Shown: positions 52,565-64,000 of the stretch, one piece after another
How the letters are laid out: every line of letters starts with the position of its first letter
How positions within the stretch are numbered: the stretch's first letter is position 1
Assembly (NCBI RefSeq): GCF_963676685.1
Contig: NC_092354.1
Location: 64,790,001-64,854,000, forward strand
Source: Mytilus edulis
Taxonomy: Eukaryota
Direction of reading: 5' to 3'
DNA: 64,000 bases
The notes under the pieces: generated by a model
Seen by the model: the letters and a program-made list of their open reading frames with translations, nothing else
Told to the model about the DNA's origin: nothing
The model's database searches: none
Made by a program: the position numbers and the translations under genes

Positions 52565-55500
52565 ATGTTTGTGTTTGTGTTTCTGTGTATGTTTGTTCAT
52601 ACTGTTTTCTGTATGCAGTGCAGATCGCAGACTAATAAACCAGTAGATTGGTAAGACTTAAGTCACGTGATAACATTTAAAATTTAATATTATCTTACAT
52701 ATGCATGTATAGCAAATTTTCAGTTCTCATTCTGTGTAAACTTGTTTATCCACTTTTGGGGTGTCTAATATAGACAAAATCAATTTGTTTGTTTGTTTGT
52801 TTGTGTAGTTTTTTTCTTTTCCTATACATAAAATACAGATCATGATTTTCAACCTATAGATTAAGTCTAACCATTTATAGATATTTACATATATTTACAT
52901 ATATTTCTTATAGGTGTATAATTTTGTACTCGAGAGGTATTTCGTTTTCATTATCTACAGCAATTGTGCCCAGATTATCAGGTGTTCGAAAGCCAACGAA
53001 TATGAAATGGAAAAGCATTCAAAACCGAAATTCTTATAAGTGTTGCTAAATAGTATACGACTTACTTAGAGGTAATCTATGTCTAAGTGTAGAAAAACCT
53101 GAATAGTCTGGTAACCTTTCATTAAAATCACATGTACAATCAAGCTCAACATATCGGTATAATACAAAGACGCATAAACGTGTTAACGACGGGTGCAACA
53201 TTTGGAGCAGGATCCGATTACTCTTTGCGAAGAAACGGAGAATATCCAAGTTTCTGGTAGGGTTAGTGTTGCTCAGTTTTGAGTTGTATATGTTGTGTTT
53301 TTTACACAGTTGTTAGTCTTATATTCGCTTTTTGTCATGGCATTGTCAGTTCGTGTTTGGCTTATAAGTTTATCCCTTTGGTATATTTCGCCTCTCTGGT
53401 TGTCTGGTATTGAATATGCATTCATCAAATTTTTATTTTTTTTTATATATATTTCAAGGTTCATAGTGTACAAGATACCTAAGTTGGGAAGTCATCCCGA
53501 TCCTAATTTCCAAGCTGGGACGGGATTCTATTACATGGATAATAATAATCCTGAACTGACACCTTCTGACAGAGGATTAGATGTGAAGAGTGATGCCTTG
53601 TTTTATACACTCGATCAAATCTACAATAACAAGGTAATTTCAATTCAATTTGGCACATTCTACGTAGTGTTCAGTCATTCCCAAAAAATGGGTACAATTC
53701 GAATGTAGACACTGTTAAAAAATAAATTTCAACTGAGCAGAGAGAGAGTGTTGTTTTCTTCTGTGTCTATATCTAGTCTGTCATTTTTTTAATTTTTACT
53801 TACACCATTTTAGTTGTTTTCTAGTTTTAGCATTTTTTGTAAGACAAGGTAAGTATGAACGTATCGGAGGTTAGTGTTGTATAAAGTCATCTTAAAAATT
53901 GCATTAGAGAAAAACACAAGATTTAAATCCAGGCTCATGTAAAATGGGTTACATTTACCACCATAGCAAACTGATTTATACGTATTATTCTGTATATATT
54001 GAAAGCAAATACCAAATTTAAGGTCTGAATTAATATAGTGTTTAAAAAATAATTCAAATAAGTAGTTTGCACAACTTATTTAGTAATAAATTTAAACTAA
54101 TGAAATGTTATGCTGTATAATATTTTAGTTTCATAATACAGCTTTCCAGGAAAAACCCTATGATTTATGTTTTGAATCACTTGTATGTATTTTTTATGCT
54201 TGTATCAATCCCCACCCCCATCTTTGTTACGGAGGTTGATATCAAACCAGTATCTGAATGCTGATACATAGTAATACTTAACTCTTTAATGCTAGCTTTT
54301 CTAAACAATTTATTGACATTACAAACTAAAAAACTGTTTTCTATCAAGTTATATGTTTCTTTTAGTCAAATGGACTTGTTCTTGTCAAAATCTCCGTAAC
54401 GATTTATGAACTTTCACTCAAAAATATGTTTTACCTAAACCGAATACTGTTCAACTTAATTTTATTAGCTCTATACAGATAATGTCATCTTCCTTCACAC
54501 CATAATGTATGTATTATACTCAACTATGAAGTTTTGGAGTCAAAATAGTTTCATTTCGAAAATTTCTATCCTCCGTAACGACATTTAAAACCTCCATAAC
54601 GAACAATTCCAGTTCTTACCAACAGCAAACATATAAATGAATGTAAATATTGGAATTAAATGACAAACAAGACAACAGAATTAAACATTTTTCTTAGTAA
54701 ATCGTTATCTAAAAAGAGTAAAGTCCTTTTAGAGAAAAAAAACGTTTTTTCCTTAAATTTCTATCCTCCGTAACGTAAATCAATGATGTCGTCTATGATT
54801 GACATCACCTTTTGATTTTTAATAGTGATAATTGATGAACTGATTTGGTATCTATAACAATGTACAAGAATTTCAATTGGTATGATCGTGTTTACATGCA
54901 TCTTTAGATTTTTTTAATTTGCATAACCTCCGTTACATTGATGAGTCCTAAATAATCTTGAAAATGTTTGCCATAAACCGCTGTTAAAGTTATGATTGTC
55001 GTCGTAATTACACAAGTTGTGTTGTAGACTATTTTAAATCTAAGAAAATGGCTGATATAACGTTTATTAAACGTTATAATGTTGATCACATAATAGGGAA
55101 AAACAAGTTAAACTACCTTTCTCAAAACAACATTTTTTTTCTCAAATCTGTATTTTGTTTGTCTGTTTTCTTTATAATAAATGATGTCTGCTACAAAAAA
55201 GACTTTCGGCAGTGTCGGCAGCCGCTGATACTGATAAAAAAGTCTGACAACTTAACTGTAAATAACTGCGCCACGGAGGTTATTTAAACGGAGGTTAGTT
55301 TTATTTACATTATACATGGAAATATGTAACAATATTGTTGAGTTGCTTTCTCAAAACTGATTATTGAGAAGCTTTATGGGTGCTTTCAATGAAATAATCA
55401 TCATTTTGATTTGTTCTTGGTTAGTGCGTTCCAAAATACGCGTTACGTAGGTTGGATTCTTATATGCGACAATCGAAAAAAAGAGAAAGAGAAGATTTTT

Positions 55501-57279
55501 TTTTATTTTTCGTTTCATTGCAATAAAAGTTAAAGGCAGGATTTTAAAATTTGATGTATCAACTTTGCTTAAAGTCACATTGGGCATGATTTCCAATCAT
55601 ATAAATATGTTTTGACTGTACCTAAAGATACGTTACGGTAGGTTATACGTTTATCGGCGACATTGGTTTAATGGGTAAATCAAAGTGTATATTATAACTT
55701 TTGATTCTAAAATATTTTTGTGGATAAAAATCAATATAGTGTCAAATAAAAAAAGCAAATCTAATCATGATTTAGATGAAATAAAGTATTTTAATTCACA
55801 CCGATATTTGGAGTTTTTCTTGGCGACATTCGGAATTCGTGTGATTTCCGTATATTGAATAGAAAATCACACAAATATATTTACGATATACATCACAAAA
55901 GAATATAATTTTATTTTAGTATACATATTAATCACTTAGAACAGAAAAAAGATTATCTGTGACATATGTTAAGCTGGCATTTTGTGGTTATTTGCCGGCG
56001 ACACTGAAATTTTGTAATTGTACCCATTTTTTGGGAATGACTGTGTTACGTCTTTAAAGTCATACAGGGGAGGGTTGAGATCTTACTAAACATGTTTTTT
56101 GTGCCTGTCCAAAGTCGGGAGCCTCTGGTTTTTGTTAGTCTAATATGTTTATTTATTTATATATATGTTTAGGAGTATAGTATGACGTTCATTTTTACTG
56201 AACTAGTGAACTTTGTTGTTCAGGGGACAGCCGAAGTCCGCCACAGGGTGCGGGATTTTCTCGCTGAATTAAAGACCCATTGCATTAATTGGTGGTCTTC
56301 GGTTGATTTTTTTACTCTTTGGTCGGGTTGTTGTCTGTTTGATAGATTCCCTATTTCCATTCTCTATTTCATAAAAAAAAAAAATAATTGTAGAACAGTG
56401 AGATTAATTAATTCAAATATCAAATGAAAATAGCGCTTTAAGAATACCAATGATGTTCAAGGATTTAAAAGAACGTTACAGTTGAAGAGCTACATGTATT
56501 TGTATTTTCAAAAGTGTATTTAACCGTTCAAGAATACTTGTTATCGCCAGGACGATGTTCATGGACATTCATATTCTCCCGTGGTTTATTTAAAGTAATA
56601 GGGTTAAACTTTGAATGCATGTAACTTTTTATTTTTATTTTATTAAGTTTTGATAGAGTTATCGAAATTAAACTACTTATTTTTAATCTAGTGGTATAAA
56701 ATGCTGGTCAGTAATTCTATAGGACTCACTGGTCCCATAAGTCATTTCCTTTCATAATACGCAAAAAAACAAAATACACGAATTTGAGTGGTTTGTCTAT
56801 TTTCAGACAGAAGTTGGCTATTTTATGTATAGCGATCACACACCAGCCAATGGAACTGGTGCCAACCCAAGAGGACATGCGAAAGGTAAACAAGGGCTTA
56901 TGTTCTTAATATGCTTCATTCAAACTGATCTTTTATAGGTAATTGTATTTTAATTTGTATAACTCTGATAACAAACATTTGACATGACATATTTCAAAAC
57001 CTCCTTTTATGTAAATTTTATCAGAAATCATAGTTGCAGCTAAGGTATAGCTTATAACGGTTATTTTCTAAATACACTTAATATAGCGCACTTAAATTTA
57101 ACAAGTAATTTTTTCAGGAGTTTTGGGATTTGAACAATCAGGTGGATTTTGGATGATACATAGCGCACCACAGTTCCCGCCATTGAGGTCTGATGGCTAC
57201 AAATGGCAAGAAACAGCCTCGAAAAATGGACAGACTTTCCTGTGTATATCTTTGGACTACGGGATCTTTAATCGTACAG
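52565..57279 (+). CDS. DNASE2: Deoxyribonuclease II (acid DNase/plancitoxin-like), first four coding exons; gene continues beyond the window
   Basis: Exons 52565-52650, 53459-53633, 56807-56885 and 57118-57279 with compatible phases 2,0,1: signal peptide MFVFVFLCMFVHTVFC, C..PVDWFIVYKIP, catalytic GHAKGV (HxK), GGFWMIHSAPQFP, NGQTFLCISL. Probable 5'UTR exon ending at 52351 (GAG|gtaagt). Confidence 0.93.
53672..56043. mobile_element. 2.37-kb non-autonomous DNA transposon in a DNase II intron, 28-bp TIR, 4-bp TSD
   Basis: TGTT|CAGTCATTCCCAAAAAATGGGTACAATT ... AATTGTACCCATTTTTTGGGAATGACTG|TGTT; no transposase ORF. Confidence 0.9.
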
Positions 57280-57325
57280 GTTAGCAGTATATAATTTAAA
57301 ATGTAAAGTGTAATTATAATTATTA

Positions 57326-58457
57326 TCTATACTATTAAACGAGAAGACCTCATTGTGTGTGTCGCTTCTCTTCCTCCCACAATAAATTAATCGTTATGCC
57401 TCTATGTCCTATAGGTACCGTGCATAGTCGCATTTGTCATCCATTCCGGATATTGATTCCGTATTCAAACCGACTTTTAAGTCAGATATAACTTCCGGTT
57501 TTAACATTGAGAACCAATCGTATGATAGATAACAAAAAAAAATAAGCCAATCAGGGCGTTGTCCGTATCGTGGTTTTTAGATCGTAAAAACCACTACTAT
57601 TATACCTCGGCTTAAACTTGCACTTAATTTTCATAAGTACTCGGCCGGGGACAGGACAATTATTTTCGCGTTTAACTGCATGTATACTAGGATTAATATA
57701 TTACTATAATATATAGAGACTGTCTATAAACTATAGCAGTGATCGCCATGGAGAAGAAACTTAGAATTAATAGTTAATAGAAAATTAAATACACTTTAAT
57801 ATTTATAATATAGATACGTATGTTCATAGTATACAGCATAGTATACAGAAACGCGAAAATAATGGAATATAACAGAAAACTAAATAATAACGGACTATGA
57901 AAAAAAAGAGAGAGGGCTTAAAAATATTGTCCTGTCTCCATGTACCTATCCTATCATTTCTTAAAATCTTTTACAAAAATTCATCCTAAAATAGTTAACA
58001 TACTTTCAACCAAGCTTAAAATGCCCACGATTTTGCTTTTAGGTCAAACAGGACTTCCGGATTTTAACTTGCACATAAATTTCATTAGAGTACTCGGGGA
58101 CAGGACAATAATTATCATTGATCAGTCGCGTTGATATAGACTCTCTATATAATAAAGCAGTGATCGCCTAGGAGAAGAAACTTGAATTTGATAGTTGATA
58201 GTAAATACACTTTAATTATAGTATATGTATGTTCATAGTATACAAAAACGCTAAAATAATGGAATTTAACAGAAAAAAAATAATAACAGACTTTGGAAGC
58301 AAGGGAGAGGGCTTAAACGGTTTCCAAGTACCTATGAATTTTGATACCTTTTCTGAAATTCTCCAGACATGAAATATTTTACAAATATTCTCCTTACAAC
58401 AGTTTACATACTTTCAACCAAGCTCTAAATGCCCGCGATTTCGCCGGTGTGTTCTAG
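57326..58457 (+). mobile_element. Non-autonomous Helitron, copy 1 (with internal duplication)
   Basis: A|TCTATACTATTAAACGAG start; 3' hairpin CCCGCG-ATTT-CGCCGG then GTGTTCTAG|T. Confidence 0.8.
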
Positions 58458-58459
58458 TA

Positions 58460-60030
58460 AATATTAAACGAGAAGACCTAATTTTTTGTGTCGCTTCTCT
58501 TCCTTCCACAATAAACTAATCATCATGCCTCTGTGTTCTTTAGGTAACATGCATAGTCGCATTTGTCATCCATTCTTATGATTATTCAGATTGAGTTATT
58601 TTGGGAGAAAAACGACAAAATAGGTGTCCGGATATTGTTTCCGTTATTAGACTGACTTTTGTCATAGATAAGACTTCCGGTTTTAAACACACACAAGAAC
58701 AACCAATCGTATGATAGATTACAAAAATGAAAAATAAATAAGCCAATCAGAGCGTCCTCCATATCATGCTTTTTATATCGCAAGAACCACAACTATTATA
58801 CCTCCTTAGAGACAATTATGTTTTCGCGTTTATCCACCTGTAAACTACGATTATATTACAGTACTATAATATACAGAGACTCTCTGTATTCTGTCTACTT
58901 TTTTCTGAAATATTTACTATCTAGGGGGTCATACCAGTTGCATATATATTGAAATAAGAAAAACATGTGGAAACAAGAATGTGTCCATAGTATACGGATG
59001 CCACATCGGCACTATTATTTACTATGTTTAGTGGACCGTGAAATGGGGTAAAATCTCTAATTTGGCATAAAAATTTTAAAGATCATATCATAGGGAACAT
59101 ATTTACTAAGTTTCGAGTTGGTTGGACTACAACTTCATCAAAAACTACCTCGACAAAAACTTTAACCTGAAGCGGGACAGACAGACGGACGAACGAACGA
59201 ACGGACGAACAGACTAGAAAACATAATTCCCATAAATGGGGCATACTTTATTGTTGAAAGTGAAAACTTTAACCTGAAACCGGACAGAAGGACGGACAAA
59301 CGAACGAACGGACGAACAGACTAGAAAACATAAATCCCATAAATGGGGCATAAAAATGTATTGTTGATAGTGAAAGTAGTGATTTGGCCAAAATGAAAGT
59401 AGGGTAGAGATAAGAGGGAGGCAGGACTTATTCGGGACGTCGGGATCGGGTGTTTTTAAGCTCGGGATTTCGGGATTGATCTTTACGGGATGCGGGAACA
59501 TTTTTTTTTTATTTCGGGATGTCGGGGTATGAATTTCGTTAAAATACGCACCTCGGTATTTCATGTTTTTAAGCCCGGGAATTCGGGATCAGGGCCCCTC
59601 ATACCACCCCTCAAAAGAGCCTTAGTCATTTATACGAGATTCAAATGCTACCATTGGCATGTTAATAGGGCTCTCAAAAAGAAAAGCACTGATGGATTGT
59701 CCTAGAAGCACATTTTATTAGAATAATAATGGTCTATTAGCAGTTTCATTTATTTCCTGTTTGAAGCGGTGCAAATTTTTAATTTAATTTGACTTTTACC
59801 AAAACAATGCATTGTAGCATGCAAAGGGGAAGAATAATTGTGGCATATGGCCAGAAACACGAAAAATAATTGAATTTAACAGAAAGGAAGCACATAACGG
59901 ACTTTGGAAAAAAGGGAGCAGGCTTTTGATACCTTATATGAAATTCTCCAGTCATAATATCTTTTACAAAAATTCATCCTACAACAGTTTACAAGCTGTA
60001 TATGTCCGCGATTTTGCGGGTGTGTTCTAG
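58460..60030 (+). mobile_element. Non-autonomous Helitron, copy 2, head-to-tail, with nested insertions (~58970-59360 GACG/GAAC repeat element; ~59415-59613 CGGGAT-repeat element)
   Basis: Restarts with TATTAAACGAGAAGACC; ends TCCGCG-ATTT-TGCGGG-TGTGTTCTAG|T. Confidence 0.72.
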
Positions 60031-60059
60031 TAATTATAAATTATCGTCACATGCACTGT

Positions 60060-63000
60060 CTACAGATATCATCATATATGTTGTCTTTAGATATTGTCTC
60101 ACGTTTGTCTACGTATATCTTTACTCGTTTTGTTTTAATATATCTTCCACGTGTTGTCTCCAGATATTATTCCCATATCATAACACGAACGAGTTGTCTT
60201 CCGATATCATAACACGTACGTGTTGTCTTCAGATATCATAACACGTATGTATTATACAAGATATCGTCACATGTATTGTTGTTTTATATCGTAAGCATAT
60301 TTTTCTCCAGATATTGTCTCACGTTTGTCATCAGATATCGTATCACGTTTGTCCTAGATATAGTCTCACGTTTGTCTTCATATATCGTCTCACATTTGTC
60401 TTCAGATATCGTATCACGTTTGTCTTCAGATATCGTCTCACGTTTGTTTCCAGATATCGTAACTCGCTTTGTCTTCAGATATCGTCTCAAGTTTGTCTTC
60501 GGATATCGTCTCACATTTGTCTTCAGATATCGTCTCATATTTGTCTCCAGATATCGCTTCACATTTGTATTTAGATGTCATCTCACGTTTGTCTTCAGAT
60601 ATAGTCTGACGTTTGTCTTCAGATATCGTAACTCGCTTTGTCTTCAGATATCGTCTCACGTTTGTTTCCAGATATCATTACTCGCATTGTCTTCAGATAT
60701 CGTCTCACGTTTGTCTTCGGATATCGAGTCATGTTTGTCTTCAGATATCGTAGCTCGCTTTGTCTTCAGATATCGTCTCATGTTTGTCTTCAGATATCGT
60801 CTCATTTTTGTCTTCAGATATCGTCTCACGGTTGTCTTCAGATATCGTCTCACGTTTGTATTCAGATATCGTAACTCGCTTTGTCTTCAGATATCGTCTC
60901 ATGTTTGTCTCCAGATATCGTCTCATGTTTGTCTTCAGGTATCGTAACTCTCTTTGTCTTCAGATATCGTCCCACGTTTGTCTACATATATCGTTACTCG
61001 CTTTGTCATCAGATATCGTCTAACGTTTGTCGTCAGAAATCGTTACTCGCTTTGTCTTCAGATATCGTTTCACGTTTGTTTCCAGATATAATAACTCGCT
61101 ATGAATTCAGATATCGTCTCACGTTTGTCTTCAAATATCGTCCCACGTTTGTCTTCAGATATCGTAACTCGCTTTGTCTTCAGATATCGTCTCTCGTTTG
61201 TCATCAGATATCGTTACTCGCTTTGTCTTCAGATATCGTCTCACGTTTGTCTTCAGATATCGTCGCACGTTTGTCTTCAGATATCGTCTCACTTTTGTAT
61301 TCAGATATCGTAACCCGCTTTGTCTTCAGATATCGTCTCATGTTTGTTTTCATGTATCGTTACTCTCTTTTTCTTCAGATATCGTCCCACGTTTGGCTAC
61401 ATATATCGTAACTCGCTTTGTCTTAAGAAATCGTCTCACGTTTGTCGTCAGATATCGTTATTCGCTTTGTCTTCAGATATCGTCTCACGTTTGTTTCCAG
61501 ATATAATAACTCGCTTTGTATTCAGATATCGTCTCACGTTTGTCTTCAGATATCTTAACTCGCTTTGTCTTCAGATATCGCCTCACGTTTGTCGTCAGAT
61601 ATCGTTACTCGCTTTGTCTTCATATATCGTCTCACGTTTGTCTTCAGATATCGTAAATCGCTTTGTCTTTAGATATCGTCTCACGTTTGTCTTCAGATAT
61701 CGTCAATCGTTTGTCTTCAGATATCATATCACGTTTGTCTTGAGATATCGTCTCACGTTTGTCTTGAGATATCGTCTCATGTTTGTCTTCAGATATCGTC
61801 CCAAGTTTGTCTACAGATATCACATCTCGTTTGTCTTCAGATATCGTCTCACGTTTGTCTTCAGCTAACGTCCCACAATTGTCTTCTGATATCGTCACTC
61901 GTTTTGTCTTCAGATATCGTCTCACGTTTGTCTCAAGATATCGCCTCTTATTTGTATTCAGATATTAGCTCATGTTTGTCGTCAGATATCGTATCACGTT
62001 AGTCTTCAGATATGGTATCACGTTTGTCTTTAGATATCGTCTGACGTTTGTCGTCAGATATCGTCTGACGTTTGTCGTCAGATATCGTCTGACGTTTGTC
62101 GTCAGATATCGTCTGACGTTTGTCGTCAGATATCGTCTGACGTTTGTCGTCAGATATCGTTACTAGCTTTGTCCTCAGATATCGCCTGACGTTTGTCTTC
62201 AGATATCGTATCACGTTTGTCTTCAGATATCGTCTCACGTTTGTATTCATATATCGTATCACGTTTGTATTCAGATATCGTAACTCGCTTTGTGTTCAGA
62301 TATCGTCTCACGTTTGTCTTCGGATATCGTAACTCACTTTTGTATTCAGATATCGTCTCATGTTTGTCTTCAGATATCGCCTCACATTTGTCTTCAGATA
62401 TCGTCTCACGTTTGTCTTCATATATCGTCACTCGCTTTGTCTTCAGATATCGTTACTCGCTTTGTCTTCAGATATCGTCTCTCGTTTGTCGTCAGATATC
62501 GTTACTCGCTTTGTCTTCAGATATCGTCTCACGTTTGTCTCAAGATATCGCCTCTTATTTGTATTCAGATATTATCTCACGTTTGTCGTCAGATATCGTA
62601 TCACGTTGGTCTTCAGATATGGTATCACGTTTGTCTTCAGATATCGTCTGACGTTTGTCGTCAGATATCGTCTGACGTTTGTCGTCAGATATCGTCTGAC
62701 GTTTGTCGTCAGATATCGTCTGACGTTTGTCGTCAGATATCGTTACAAGCTTTGTCCTCAGATATCGCCTGACGTTTGTCTTCAGATATGGAATCACATT
62801 TGTCTTCAGATATCGTCTCACGTTTGTATTCATATATCGTATCACGTTTGTATTCAGATATCGTAACTCGCTTTGTGTTCAGATATCGTCTCACGTTTGT
62901 CTTCGGATATCGTAACTCACTTTTGTATTCAGATATCGTCTCACGTTTGTCTTCAGATATCGTAAATCGCTTTGTCTTTAGATATCGTCTCACGTTTGTC

Positions 63001-63800
63001 TTCAGATATCGTCCATCGTTTTTCTTCAGATATCATATCACGTTTGTCTTCAGATATCGTCTCACGTTTGTCTTCAGATATCGTCTCACGTTTCTCGTCA
63101 GATATCGTCCCAAGTTTGTCTTCAGATATCATATCACGTTTGTCTTCAGATATCGTCTCACGTTTGTCTTCAGATAACGTCCCACAATTGTCTTCAGATA
63201 TCGTCACTCGTTTTGTCTTCAGATATCGTCTCACGTTTGTCTCAAGATATCGCCTCTTATTTGTATTCAGATATTATCTCACTTTTGTCGTCAGATATCG
63301 TATCACGTTGGTCTTCAGATATGGTATCACGTTTGTCTTCAGATATCGTCTGACGTTTGTCGTCAGATATCGTCTGACGTTTGTCGTCAGATATCGTTAC
63401 TAGCTTTGTCCTCAGATATCGCCTGACGTTTGTCTTCAGATATCGTATCACGTTTGTCTTCAGATATCGTCTCACGTTTGTATTCATATATCGTATCACG
63501 TTTGTATTCAGATATCGTAACTCGCTTTGTGTTCAGATATCGTCTCACGTTTGTCTTCGGATATCGTAACTCACTTTTGTATTCAGATATCGTCTCATGT
63601 TTGTCTTCAGATATCGTCTCACATTTGTCTTCAGATATCGTCTCACGTTTGTCTTCAGATATCGTCACTCGCTTTGTCTTCAGATATCGTTACTCGCTTT
63701 GTCTTCAGATATCGTTACTCGCTTTGTCTTCAGATATCGTTACTCGCTTTGTCTTCAGATATCGTTTCACGTTTGTCTTCAGATATCGTCACTCGCTGTG
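60060..63800. repeat. 24/25-bp satellite array (~3.7 kb) with higher-order structure
   Basis: Units CAGATATCGTCTCACGTTTGTCTT (24 bp) and CAGATATCGTAACTCGCTTTGTCTT (25 bp); degenerate edges. Confidence 0.95.
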
Positions 63801-64000
63801 TTTTTAGATTTTGTCTCACATTTGACTTCATATATCTTTACACTGTCTTCGGATACATTAGTACATTTTGTTGCGAGATGAAAATATCAACCAGTTTACT
63901 TTGGTGGTTAGAGATATCTTTATTCGTTACATTTGTGGAAATATGTTTAGATATCTTTATCTTACATTTTTTTATTTTTTTAGATATGATTATTAACCTG

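Noticed and set aside
60276-63881. Dozens of overlapping ORFs (SSDIVSRL, FVFRYRLT, TISEDKRE)
   Set aside because: Translations of the 24-bp satellite in several frames; not genes

Overview
AT-rich, intron-containing animal genomic DNA. The repeat families and a hammerhead-bearing retrozyme-like repeat point to a bivalve mollusc, probably Mytilus (inference). Contents: (i) five minus-strand K/E/R-rich helical-protein genes sharing an 18-residue repeat. Two are 3-exon paralogues with an N-terminal RING-HC and zinc finger (1772-3664, 47516-51056); three have one coding exon and no RING (6534-7793, 35042-37363, 43463-44956). (ii) The 5' half of a plus-strand DNase II gene (52565-57279, continuing past the window), whose introns hold a DNA transposon, tandem Helitrons and a 24-bp satellite. 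(iii) The main discovery, a tandem array of five candidate RNA polymerase III non-coding RNA genes (10424-10686, 15463-15701, 18782-18984, 22329-22513, 26971-27269). Each has a conserved upstream element, a TATA box at about -31, a GGAGAU start, a 5'/3' closing stem with compensatory base changes, a T-run terminator and a highly divergent multi-hairpin interior (total length 185-299 nt). I do not recognise them as a known RNA family. (iv) Many MITEs, fold-back elements, Penelope-like fragments and one 172-nt assembly gap.
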